DNA of 64,000 bases from a virus (Duplodnaviria; Caudoviricetes), in the IMG/VR virus record IMGVR_UViG_3300021400_000885, positions 39,910 through 103,909 of that record. One strand, given 5' to 3'. Below the pieces are notes generated by a model. That model was given only the letters and a program-made list of their open reading frames with translations, ran no database searches and was not told where the DNA came from. Below are positions 49,376-57,857 of the stretch, piece by piece; positions within the stretch are counted from its first letter, which is position 1, and the number at the start of each line of letters is the position of its first letter. The position numbers and the translations under genes are program-made.

Positions 49376-50536
49376 TTAAATGTCAAGTCTTTTCCTTCCT
49401 TTGGAATAGGTTTCTTCTTCATCATCACCTTCCGCAAAACGGAAACTACCACCTTGGTGTTGATTGCCAAATACAGCCTTTTCAATATTTTGAAGATTTG
49501 TCTTGACCTTCTTATTTACACTTTTATTTAAAATGTTTCCCATGTTTTTAAATCCATCAGTCATAGCATACATAAGACCAAGTACAGACCTAAACTCTAT
49601 GGGATGCTCATCTGCATATAATTGAACTGCTGTAAGTTGCTCTCCATCATTTGTTGTTTTGACTACTTTAGTCATTGCATCAAATGCTTTTTGTCTTGTG
49701 ACTCTATCAATAGGAATGTCACCAAATAAGGTATTCTGTTCAAGCATTGACTTCTTAAAGTCCTTTGCTTCCTGTTCAACCCTTTCCTTTTCAGCCTTTG
49801 CAGCTTCTTTATTCTTCTGAATTTCTTCATCATACTTTGTCTTGAAGAAATCTTTTACTGATTCAAGAGCATCTTTAGCATCCTCAATATCAGTTCCAGA
49901 AGCTACAATTCTTTCAACTTGTTTTTCAGCACGTGCTGCTGAAAATCCCCTGTTCAGAAAGTCCTGCTTAATAATTACCTTACGTAAGTTCTCTCCTTGA
50001 GGAGTCTCCGCTTCAATACTTTCATCTGTAATGCCTTCAAGATTTGAGATTGTCTTCTCATACTGAGAAATAACATTTGGCTCAACTCCAGCATTCAAAG
50101 CATCATTTACTCTTCTTTGAACATCATCAAGTCTTGCATTAATCTCATTCTCAAAAGCTTCAGAAAAAGATTCAGCATCTTTTACCTTACTAACAGTTTC
50201 TTCATCAAGGAATTGAAAGAGGCCATCACCTTGTAGAGCTTGGGCAAAGGAAGTATAAAGGTTTGAGCCTTTGGGAGAAGAACCAGTTTCTTTAGGTTTA
50301 GCCTCTTCCTCAAATTCCTCTTTATTATCCCCTACGCTCTCTGGTTCCTCATCATCATTGCCAAATAAATCAGCAGCATCTACAGGTCCCTCAGGAATAT
50401 TGTTCTCTTTAGTTTCATTCTCTTGTTGTTCAGAATCTTGATTGGAAGTTTCAAGTTCCTCATCATTTCCAAACAACTGTTCTGCACTAACATCTCCATT
50501 AAAGATGTTACTTTCAGTAAATAAATTATCGTTCAT
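49376..50536 (-). CDS. Putative capsid scaffolding/assembly protein
   Basis: Acidic N-terminus plus coiled coil, immediately upstream of MCP. Confidence 0.65.
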   Translation of the reverse strand: MNDNLFTESNIFNGDVSAEQLFGNDEELETSNQDSEQQENETKENNIPEGPVDAADLFGNDDEEPESVGDNKEEFEEEAKPKETGSSPKGSNLYTSFAQALQGDGLFQFLDEETVSKVKDAESFSEAFENEINARLDDVQRRVNDALNAGVEPNVISQYEKTISNLEGITDESIEAETPQGENLRKVIIKQDFLNRGFSAARAEKQVERIVASGTDIEDAKDALESVKDFFKTKYDEEIQKNKEAAKAEKERVEQEAKDFKKSMLEQNTLFGDIPIDRVTRQKAFDAMTKVVKTTNDGEQLTAVQLYADEHPIEFRSVLGLMYAMTDGFKNMGNILNKSVNKKVKTNLQNIEKAVFGNQHQGGSFRFAEGDDEEETYSKGRKRLDI

Positions 50537-50563
50537 TTTCTTCTCCTTTTAATAAACTTGAAA

Positions 50564-50600
50564 CAAAAATAACGGGTTTATAAAAATTTTACAAACCCGT
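50564..50600 (-). promoter_or_regulatory. Promoter TTTG-N20-TATTTTTG overlapped by an inverted repeat (terminator or operator)
   Basis: -7 at 50564-50571, -33 at 50592-50595; ACGGGTTT...AAACCCGT repeat at 50572-50600. Confidence 0.65.
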
Positions 50601-50628
50601 AAATAAAATCCTATCTTTTGCTATTGTT

Positions 50629-51042
50629 TTAAAGCTTTTCTCTGCAATGTTCACATAGAAAGTGCTTTGCAACTTTGAATACTTGTTGACCAATCATTCC
50701 ATTCAAATACTGAAACTCTTCACTGAAAGGTTCTATATTTTCAGCAATACAAATATGCATAGCTAAATGTCCTTTCTCATGGTCAATTGTATCTTGGAAT
50801 TCCTCTGGAGTTTTTGTTGGTCCAATGATAATAATACTCATCTTCCTATTAATATTACTGTATATATAGCCAGTATCATACTTAAATTCTGATAACTTGT
50901 CCATCTCTTCCTCAACATCTTCTTCTGGGCATCCAAGAGCAAGCAAATCTTTAGCAATATCATCTAAAGGGTAGAAGGATATTGCATAGTATATCCTTAC
51001 AAACCAACCATATTTATCCAAAGTAAATTCCTGCATTATCAT
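50629..51042 (-). CDS. Putative HExxH zinc metallopeptidase
   Basis: TIDHEKGHL followed by downstream EEFQY; ATGA overlap with the upstream gene. Confidence 0.6.
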   Translation of the reverse strand: MIMQEFTLDKYGWFVRIYYAISFYPLDDIAKDLLALGCPEEDVEEEMDKLSEFKYDTGYIYSNINRKMSIIIIGPTKTPEEFQDTIDHEKGHLAMHICIAENIEPFSEEFQYLNGMIGQQVFKVAKHFLCEHCREKL

Positions 51043-51449
51043 AGCATATCTTCCCAAATAATAGGCATACCTTTACCTATACAATCTGCATAAAATCTTG
51101 TAAAAGCTTGACCATCATAACCATCTGGGTCTTCAAGAGAATCCTTAACAAACATAATCAGTTCAGCTTCTCCTCTTACAGCCTTGCCAAGGTAATCAGC
51201 TTTACACATATTTGCCAAATAAACATCATCATACCCATTAACATCCTCAATGGTAGTACCATATTTCTTCAAGAGAGCTGTAAAAGATTCTTTTGTATAA
51301 GGGTCAATGGGTCTTTTCATTCCATTGATTGTCTTATACATCTTACTTGCAGCCCATTCAGACATCTTCTTTGAAAAATGCCATCCATACATAGAAAGAT
51401 ATTTCATCATATCTTCTGAGTATCCTTCATAAGAATCAAGTCTTGCCAT
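51039..51449 (-). CDS. Conserved hypothetical protein
   Basis: YGWHFSKKM, YLANMCKAD, DPDGYDG, I.WEDML motifs recognised from Bacteroidota phages. Confidence 0.7.
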   Translation of the reverse strand: MARLDSYEGYSEDMMKYLSMYGWHFSKKMSEWAASKMYKTINGMKRPIDPYTKESFTALLKKYGTTIEDVNGYDDVYLANMCKADYLGKAVRGEAELIMFVKDSLEDPDGYDGQAFTRFYADCIGKGMPIIWEDML

Positions 51450-51460
51450 ACCTTAATATA

Positions 51461-51485
51461 TTAAAGGGGTGAGTTTCCTCACCCC
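51461..51485 (-). terminator. Hairpin/terminator inside the module
   Basis: GGGGTGAG-gaaa-CTCACCCC-TTTAA on the - strand. Confidence 0.7.
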
Positions 51486-51491
51486 AAATGA

Positions 51492-51683
51492 TTATTCAAG
51501 TTCTTTAAGGTGCTCTTCAAGAATGTCCATTGCAGCACAAAAGCCATCCTTTACTCCATCTTCATAGGAATTTTCTTTTCTGCCAGACATTTTTCTGCCA
51601 GACATTCCCTTGTAGTTGGACTTTTCATCTTCATATCTTGAGCCTTCTTTACGCTCCTCAATAATTTTCCAAACTCTATTCAT
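51492..51683 (-). CDS. Small charged protein with an MSGRK tandem duplication
   Basis: 63-aa ORF; 15-bp direct repeat TTTTCTGCCAGACAT x2. Confidence 0.6.
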   Translation of the reverse strand: MNRVWKIIEERKEGSRYEDEKSNYKGMSGRKMSGRKENSYEDGVKDGFCAAMDILEEHLKELE

Positions 51684-52194
51684 TTGTTCTAGTATTTTTA
51701 GACATTAATGCATCAACCAGTTGACCCAATTGGCTTGAAAGAACATCTACCTTAGATTTAAGTTCGTCCATTTCTTTTCTTTGTGATTGTTTATCAGCAA
51801 ATTCTGGGTTAAGTTGAGTAAGTATTTCATCACATTCAGCAATTCTCTTTTGATTAAAGTCTCTGCTATTTATGATATCAATGCTTTTCTGTTTGATACT
51901 TAATACTTCTGAGTTCATTGCTTCTCTGCTTGTAGAAACAACAATGTTCTCACCATCAATATATGAATCAACAATATCAAGCTGTGAAGGTAACTCCTTA
52001 AGGTTCAATGTTGCATTTCCAACCCTTACAGTAAGGTCTACAACAGTTTCTTGTGGTTGCCCAAAAGTTGTTGGCATTGTATATTTAGGTCTTGGTACGG
52101 GCTGATTAGTCACCTGACCAATATTAAGTATCATTTTTTCTCCTCCCTTGTGGAGAATATAAATCTGATTATTGGGTCTAACTGATTGAAACAT
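51676..52194 (-). CDS. Conserved hypothetical protein with C-terminal coiled coil
   Basis: MFQS.R....YILHK, VVDLTV, LNPEFA motifs. Confidence 0.7.
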   Translation of the reverse strand: MFQSVRPNNQIYILHKGGEKMILNIGQVTNQPVPRPKYTMPTTFGQPQETVVDLTVRVGNATLNLKELPSQLDIVDSYIDGENIVVSTSREAMNSEVLSIKQKSIDIINSRDFNQKRIAECDEILTQLNPEFADKQSQRKEMDELKSKVDVLSSQLGQLVDALMSKNTRTNE

Positions 52195-52204
52195 AATGTA
52201 TTAA

Positions 52205-52534
52205 TTAAAGTACTTGTAAAATATTGTCTATCCTGTCATAGAAAACAAGGAATACACCTGGATTAGGTAAGTCTGCAACAGTGGCATTAGCACCACCTGC
52301 AAGGGTAACATTAAGGGTATTGCCAGCCATATTAAATCTAACTGGAAGAGTTGTTGTAGTTCCTTCAGGCAAGTCTACAAGGTATACAAGCAGTACTCCA
52401 CTGAAAGGATTTCTATCCCAATCAGGATTAAATCCATAATCAACAGTGTCTGTATTTACAGTAACTCTTCTGGATTTTATTCTGGGAATCCCATTAATGT
52501 TAGAATACTGTTGAGGGAATTTCGCCATAATCAA
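52205..52534 (-). CDS. Conserved hypothetical beta-rich protein
   Basis: 109 aa; GTTTTLPV motif; preceded by AGGAGG. Confidence 0.7.
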   Translation of the reverse strand: MIMAKFPQQYSNINGIPRIKSRRVTVNTDTVDYGFNPDWDRNPFSGVLLVYLVDLPEGTTTTLPVRFNMAGNTLNVTLAGGANATVADLPNPGVFLVFYDRIDNILQVL

Positions 52535-52562
52535 TCCTCCTAATTAATTGATTATCAACAAA

Positions 52563-53480
52563 TTACCCCCAATATGAATTGCCTCCCCAACCATAACCAT
52601 AGGGGTTAAAGCCAGCACCATAAAAACCACCAGCGTAAGGAGTGTTATTTACTGCAGTAACATTAGGATAAATCACTGGAATAGTGTTGGGTTGCTTATT
52701 TGCAATTTCATTAACTTTGGCTTGCAGAGGAGCAATTACACCATAAAGCTGATTGGTCTGTCTGTCATTGTCAATTTGCCCACGCAGCTGGGTAATAAGT
52801 TCACTTTGACGGTTGATTTCAGATTGCATATCTCTCTTTTCAGCTTGGCAGAACTGGTCAATCATTGTTGTCTTTAAGTCAGCAATTGCATCAACAGTTC
52901 TTTGACCACTACCAGTAACTGCACTTGTTAAAGCCTCAGTTTGCTGCATATTCTGGATTCTTGATTCATACCCTTGCTGAGTTGTCAAGAGTCTATTCTC
53001 ACAACAGCACTCACAGAGTTGTCTGCCTAAAGTAGCATCACCACTTTGGATAGAGTTAATAATCTGAGGAACACTTACTGCCTGTTGAAGAGCCAGAGTG
53101 GAGAGAGCACTTTGAAGAGTCTGAACTGCACCATTGACAAGATTAAAGTCCTGACCAACCATAGTGGCAAGATTCTGAGTAGCAGCTCTGGAAGCTTCAC
53201 CTTGAGAAGTAATTGCATTCATAAGAAGCTCTCTACCAGAGTCATTGTTGATTTGATTAGAGAGGAAACCTGCACCATTTCCTCCGCCAAAGCCACCAAA
53301 ATTACCAAAACCTCCCCAGCCATTGCCAAAGAGAAGACCAAGGAAAAAGCCAAGAATACCTCCACCCCAGCCATTGCCTCCAAAGAGACCATTGTTATTG
53401 TTCATAAGGGCAGCCCAAGCAGGAATTGAAGCATTGTCACCATTCCCAAAAAAGTAAGTCTTAGAGGATTCACCTTCCAT
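52563..53480 (-). CDS. Gly/Asn-rich membrane-anchored coiled-coil protein with a CECCC motif
   Basis: GGNGWGGGILGFFLGLLFGNGWGG hydrophobic segment, heptads, LCECCCENR, aromatic/Gly tail. Confidence 0.75.
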   Translation of the reverse strand: MEGESSKTYFFGNGDNASIPAWAALMNNNNGLFGGNGWGGGILGFFLGLLFGNGWGGFGNFGGFGGGNGAGFLSNQINNDSGRELLMNAITSQGEASRAATQNLATMVGQDFNLVNGAVQTLQSALSTLALQQAVSVPQIINSIQSGDATLGRQLCECCCENRLLTTQQGYESRIQNMQQTEALTSAVTGSGQRTVDAIADLKTTMIDQFCQAEKRDMQSEINRQSELITQLRGQIDNDRQTNQLYGVIAPLQAKVNEIANKQPNTIPVIYPNVTAVNNTPYAGGFYGAGFNPYGYGWGGNSYWG

Positions 53481-53519
53481 AATAAAAAAAAAATAAATTA
53501 AGTGTTATACAAAATGGTA

Positions 53520-53542
53520 TGTTAGCTAACACTACAAAGGTA
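53520..53542 (-). promoter_or_regulatory. -7 element TACCTTTG with an adjacent 12-bp palindrome TGTTAGCTAACA
   Basis: -7 at 53535-53542; palindrome at 53520-53531. Confidence 0.6.
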
Positions 53543-53581
53543 AGGTGGACTCTTCAAGGGAAAGAATGATGCCAGAAAAAC

Positions 53582-53610
53582 AAAAAATCCACAGTATAAT
53601 ACTGTGGATT
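53582..53610 (-). terminator. Intrinsic terminator after the HTH gene
   Basis: AATCCACAGTA-tta-TACTGTGGATT-TTTT on the - strand. Confidence 0.8.
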
Positions 53611-53638
53611 AATAACTTAGCAAATAAGATAATGCCAA

Positions 53639-53938
53639 CTATTTGTCTTTTATAGTCTTAATGTACTGCTTGATATCTTTAACAGACCATTGTAACTCCT
53701 TAAATCCTTCAACTTTCTTTCCCCTTGGAAGCTTGCCTTCTCTAACAAGACTGTCAAACTTAGACCTGCTTATATTTAAATATGTATAAGCTTGATATTT
53801 ACTTATGTATTTCTCTCTAAAGTTATACCTCTTTAGAGCATCAACAACTTCAAACATTTCTTTTTCAGAAAGTTCTGAGTTTCCAGCATCAATATCATCA
53901 ACTATTTTAAGCAGTAGTTTCTTAATTACTTGCAACAT
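53639..53938 (-). CDS. AlpA/excisionase-like HTH DNA-binding protein
   Basis: SKYQAYTYLNISRSKFDSLVREGKLPRG...W. Confidence 0.75.
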   Translation of the reverse strand: MLQVIKKLLLKIVDDIDAGNSELSEKEMFEVVDALKRYNFREKYISKYQAYTYLNISRSKFDSLVREGKLPRGKKVEGFKELQWSVKDIKQYIKTIKDK

Positions 53939-54357
53939 AATTTCTCTTTTCTATAAAAGTAAAGTATTAAGAAAGCAAATACACCAAGAGTAATACTAAA
54001 TACACAGCATAGACCCATAAAGCTTGCAGGTATTCCTATGGTAAACTCTATAGTACTTATTATATTATTTACTACAATATAATGTAGAAACATTCTGTGG
54101 TATATACAGAATTTAAATACATAAGAGACTAAATAAAGAAAGGCTAAAGTCAAAAAAGAGATGCCACCAATAAAAGATATTACTGGGGCATCTACACCAC
54201 ATAAGTCAAGTAGAGTATGAAGGGCATCACAAAAAGCAAGTAACATTGGTATTACTTTAAGCAATTCCAATGTTACTTTATATAGTTTCTTGTCAACAGA
54301 GTTTCCCACCCTTACACAGTCTTTTACCTCTTGCAGATAATCCTGCTCTTGGCACAT
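53926..54357 (-). CDS. Multi-pass membrane protein (start uncertain)
   Basis: 3-4 hydrophobic segments; FKFCIYHRMFLHY motif. Confidence 0.7.
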   Translation of the reverse strand: MCQEQDYLQEVKDCVRVGNSVDKKLYKVTLELLKVIPMLLAFCDALHTLLDLCGVDAPVISFIGGISFLTLAFLYLVSYVFKFCIYHRMFLHYIVVNNIISTIEFTIGIPASFMGLCCVFSITLGVFAFLILYFYRKEKLCCK

Positions 54358-54433
54358 TTGGAGTTACCCTTCCTTTTTGTTTAGTGCCTCCAGAAGCTTT
54401 CTTATTACTCTTAGTTGTCTTCTTTGTAGCCAT
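54293..54433 (-). CDS. Small basic peptide (46 aa, not in ORF track)
   Basis: MATKKTTKSNKKASGGTKQKGRVTPNVPRAGLSARGKRLCKGGKLC, directly after a -7 element. Confidence 0.65.
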   Translation of the reverse strand: MATKKTTKSNKKASGGTKQKGRVTPNVPRAGLSARGKRLCKGGKLC

Positions 54434-54436
54434 ATG

Positions 54437-54444
54437 CAAATATA
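54437..54444 (-). promoter_or_regulatory. -7 element TATATTTG, 3 nt before the ATG
   Basis: TATATTTGCATATG on the - strand. Confidence 0.6.
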
Positions 54445-54469
54445 ATTAAATTGTTGTGAAATAAAAAAT

Positions 54470-55027
54470 TTACTCCAGTGTTTTAAGACTAATACCTTTA
54501 ATTGGAGTTGCTATACTATCTTGCAAATCATACCAGTGTACTCCATTATCTACAGTAAGCCAATAGCTCATTTTGTATGCAACTGGTGAATCTGAAGCAG
54601 ACAGTCTTAAATACCCAAATACAACTGTACCAAGAACTTGTGTATCTGAAAAATCGTATTCTTTATTTGTTGAATCCCATGCAGCTTTTTTGTCAGTTAT
54701 ATATAGAATGTCCGTACATTTCTCTCCTGCAAAATATTCTTTATATCCTTCATTAGAAAGTGTTGCACAGAGCTTTTTCCATTCTGTCTCATCATAAGAC
54801 CTATGCCCACCAGCGTAAGCCTCTGTAACAAAACAAAGAAGTGTTTCTATTTTAGTTTCATAAAAACAGTCTGCCTCTGAAAGATAATGCCTAGCCAATG
54901 AAAGGCTTGGATAAAAATCTGTAAAATCAGTATCGTCTGGAAAAAGTTTACAAAGAATTGCACTAGTAGCTTCTTGTAACTTATCTAATGCAGTAACTAC
55001 TAAGTTTGTTGTATGCTCACTTACCAT
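54470..55027 (-). CDS. Hypothetical protein
   Basis: 185-aa ORF. Confidence 0.6.
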   Translation of the reverse strand: MVSEHTTNLVVTALDKLQEATSAILCKLFPDDTDFTDFYPSLSLARHYLSEADCFYETKIETLLCFVTEAYAGGHRSYDETEWKKLCATLSNEGYKEYFAGEKCTDILYITDKKAAWDSTNKEYDFSDTQVLGTVVFGYLRLSASDSPVAYKMSYWLTVDNGVHWYDLQDSIATPIKGISLKTLE

Positions 55028-55042
55028 AATACATTTTATTTT

Positions 55043-55537
55043 TTACCATGCTGGTCCTCTTAATACTACTATTTCATTAATAAGCTTGGCGGAAGGATAG
55101 TTGGCTTCTTTAGCTGAAAGTATTGCCTGATACTGTATATCATCAGCGTATAGCACTATTATTTTATCTTCACCGGCTCTAATTATGATTTTGTGTCCAG
55201 AAGAGTCTCCTAATGTCTCTATTGAAACTCCATTCTTTTTAGCACGCTCTAAATTTCCATCAATACGTTCTTTTCCTTCGTCATTAAGAGTATCATATAT
55301 CGTAATACCCCCGTATCGCCAAAATTCTTTAGGAGCATTTAAAACAGTTTTAACTAAAGTATCAGCCTTTTCTCTGAAGTAAGTCGCCCCTTTAGGCAAA
55401 GTCATGAATCTATCAGCGTTCAGCCCTTTAGCTTTAGCTTTAAATAACTTTTTCCCTAATACTGGAGGGCCAAAGTGTTTCTCCTGTTCTCTTTGTACAG
55501 GAATTTGTCCACCTGGATTTACTACTGTTGATGACAT
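55043..55537 (-). CDS. Hypothetical virion-surface protein with a KL.KAK...F.TLP motif
   Basis: KKLFKAKAKGLNADRFMTLPK. Confidence 0.55.
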   Translation of the reverse strand: MSSTVVNPGGQIPVQREQEKHFGPPVLGKKLFKAKAKGLNADRFMTLPKGATYFREKADTLVKTVLNAPKEFWRYGGITIYDTLNDEGKERIDGNLERAKKNGVSIETLGDSSGHKIIIRAGEDKIIVLYADDIQYQAILSAKEANYPSAKLINEIVVLRGPAW

Positions 55538-55607
55538 AATATTTTATATTTATTAATAGTTTAAATTGTCTAATACAGTTTCTTATATAATGTTTTTATC
55601 GCAGCTT

Positions 55608-56105
55608 TTATCTAATAGTATCAGTATTAGATTGCAAAACTCCTGATAAAGTATGTTCTTTTTCTTCATCAATTGTTAAAAGCCATCCTACATATCCACT
55701 AGAGGAATGTTTATAATATTTTGGATAACACGTATAATATTTATAAACATTATTACTATCTTCAAATCTTCCTATAAAGCAGACTTTAGTTTCACCCTTT
55801 TGGTCAAATAGGTATGGATATAACCCACTATTCTCTAAAGTTGTATTATGCTCAGAGCCCTCATCCCAGTCATTAGAATTAAATCTTACATTACCATTAC
55901 TGTATAAAGTGTGTGTAATTTGAGGCCCGACGCTACCAAATGTAATAGTATCAGTATCAATATAATAATCAGCCTCTGGAAGAGTTAAATCTGTCTCACC
56001 TCTATCCTCTCCTTCTCCATCATTAACTTTAGCATTTCTTGGCAAAGTAATGAATGGTTCTCCCCCAGTAAACCTATTCTTAGATTTTGCTTTAATGAGT
56101 TTCAT
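55608..56105 (-). CDS. Hypothetical virion-surface protein with a KLIKAK...PFITLP motif
   Basis: MKLIKAKSKNRFTGGEPFITLPRN. Confidence 0.6.
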   Translation of the reverse strand: MKLIKAKSKNRFTGGEPFITLPRNAKVNDGEGEDRGETDLTLPEADYYIDTDTITFGSVGPQITHTLYSNGNVRFNSNDWDEGSEHNTTLENSGLYPYLFDQKGETKVCFIGRFEDSNNVYKYYTCYPKYYKHSSSGYVGWLLTIDEEKEHTLSGVLQSNTDTIR

Positions 56106-56122
56106 AATACTGTAATTTTATC

Positions 56123-56153
56123 CAAAAATACTTACAATATATAACTAATCAAA
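56123..56153 (-). promoter_or_regulatory. Full-consensus Bacteroidota sigma-A promoter
   Basis: TTTG-N19-TATTTTTG, 17 nt upstream of the ATG at 56105. Confidence 0.75.
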
Positions 56154-56162
56154 ACAAGTTAG

Positions 56163-56381
56163 TTATTCACTAATTTCTTTAGGTTCATCAATCTCCTCAA
56201 AATCATCTGGAGAATCTATATGAGGAGTATCAAGTTTAACACCATTCATATAGTATGATGTACCTAAATATAATTCATTACCATATACATCATTACTATT
56301 CTTTCTCTTGAAGACTTTACCTTCTTCAGCAAGGAGAACTGTAATATCTCTAATGCCATTGTTTCTAATTTCAATTTTCAT
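56163..56381 (-). CDS. Small protein following the LRR genes (possible fibre chaperone/partner)
   Basis: L.AEEGK...YLG...DSPDDFEEI. Confidence 0.6.
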   Translation of the reverse strand: MKIEIRNNGIRDITVLLAEEGKVFKRKNSNDVYGNELYLGTSYYMNGVKLDTPHIDSPDDFEEIDEPKEISE

Positions 56382-56384
56382 ATT

Positions 56385-57857
56385 CTAATCATTTGGTATA
56401 TTTCCTTTTTCATCAAGTTCATATATTTTAGATGCATATTGAGTCCAATTAGTTGCAGTCTTATATGCATTTAGAATACCATGGTCTGAAGAGTAGGGTA
56501 CATAGATTTTTTCAAGAGATACACAGTTCCCAAAAATAGTAGTACCTGCTGTTGGGGGAGTAGTTGATTGAAAAATAATTGATTTTAGGGAAGAACAATA
56601 ATTAAAGCAGTTTGTCCCTATAGAAGTTAAAGTACTAGTAAAGTGCAAATGTTGTAAGCTTAAGCACTCATAAAAAGCACTAGTACCTAAAGTCTTAATG
56701 GTATCTGGAATGGTAACTTCTTCGAGAGAAGTACAGGTATTAAAACAATAATTTGGAATACTTGTGATAGTTCCATTTATAAAAATGCGCCTGCATTTAC
56801 GTAAATCACTAAATGCATGCTGGTTTAAAGTAGCACACTGACCAGCAACTATTAAAGAGTCGAGACCTCTGGCGTACCTAAAACAGTAACTCCCTAATTT
56901 TGTTCCAGCACTTTTTGGTAAACATAGTGCCTTCAATTGTAGCGTGTCAGTAAATGCTTGATCGTTTATCACTGTAATACCTTCTGGAATTACGATACCT
57001 GTTAAAGTGTAAGTTGCTTGAAAAGCACAAGTAGTAATACTCTTTTCTAAGTTTGTGTAATCTTCTTTTGGAATACTTATTTCTTTAACTTTATGTCCCC
57101 AACGAACTAAAGATGTGGTGGTTATCTGAGTGTTGCTACTAAAGTATAACGCCTCTAGAGTAACTATTTTACAACGTGCATTAGTATAAGAATATCCAAA
57201 AACACCATTATATGAATTACCGTTACCTACAGTATATAAAACATTGGTTGCTGTAACTTTAATGCAGTAATTCCCATGTGCATTTGAATAAAGATGCCAA
57301 CTAGAAATATTGGTAAATCCTGTATTAATCCCTGTAGTAATTTCAGTAGTATTGCCGTCTCCCCAATCAATTAGAATACTATACACAGAGTTTGTTCTTT
57401 TTGCTCTGAAGAATACAGGAATTGAGTAATCTTCCCCTTCTAAGGCATCAAGTGTAAAATATATTTCTGTTTTATCACTTTCTGTTTTATAATGAGCACC
57501 AATATTTAAACAATCACAAGTGTTTTCTATAAAATCTTGAGCATCAGTTAATTCCCAATTCCATCCATCAGCAACTAATCCAGTATGTGATGGTTGACTT
57601 GGATGAGCAGATAAAGCAAGAAATTCTTGTGGAGTGTATACATAAAGCAAATCACCATTATAATCATAATAGTTTACTCCATGTATAGTAGGCTTTAATG
57701 GTGTATCAATATAATTTTGGAATTTAATTGCTCTAACTGCATCAGGATAAACCTTAAATCCATCTGTAATAACTACTGGTACACCTTTATTTACTATGCT
57801 TTGTCGAATGTCCTCTACTGTGTTTTGTAGAGATGCTATTTTATTGTGAATACTCAT
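56385..57857 (-). CDS. BspA-type leucine-rich repeat protein (putative receptor-binding)
   Basis: IPEGITVI..AF, IPDTIKTLG.SAF..C.SL repeats; IDWGDG; TTPPT cap. Confidence 0.8.
   Translation of the reverse strand: MSIHNKIASLQNTVEDIRQSIVNKGVPVVITDGFKVYPDAVRAIKFQNYIDTPLKPTIHGVNYYDYNGDLLYVYTPQEFLALSAHPSQPSHTGLVADGWNWELTDAQDFIENTCDCLNIGAHYKTESDKTEIYFTLDALEGEDYSIPVFFRAKRTNSVYSILIDWGDGNTTEITTGINTGFTNISSWHLYSNAHGNYCIKVTATNVLYTVGNGNSYNGVFGYSYTNARCKIVTLEALYFSSNTQITTTSLVRWGHKVKEISIPKEDYTNLEKSITTCAFQATYTLTGIVIPEGITVINDQAFTDTLQLKALCLPKSAGTKLGSYCFRYARGLDSLIVAGQCATLNQHAFSDLRKCRRIFINGTITSIPNYCFNTCTSLEEVTIPDTIKTLGTSAFYECLSLQHLHFTSTLTSIGTNCFNYCSSLKSIIFQSTTPPTAGTTIFGNCVSLEKIYVPYSSDHGILNAYKTATNWTQYASKIYELDEKGNIPND

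Noticed and set aside
53484-53493. A10 tract upstream of the CCC gene as a phase-variation site
   Set aside because: It lies in an AT-rich 5' UTR, outside the promoter spacer and the CDS; expected by chance
53639-53938. Excisionase implying a prophage
   Set aside because: No integrase, att site or host genes in the window; an AlpA-like regulator is the simpler reading
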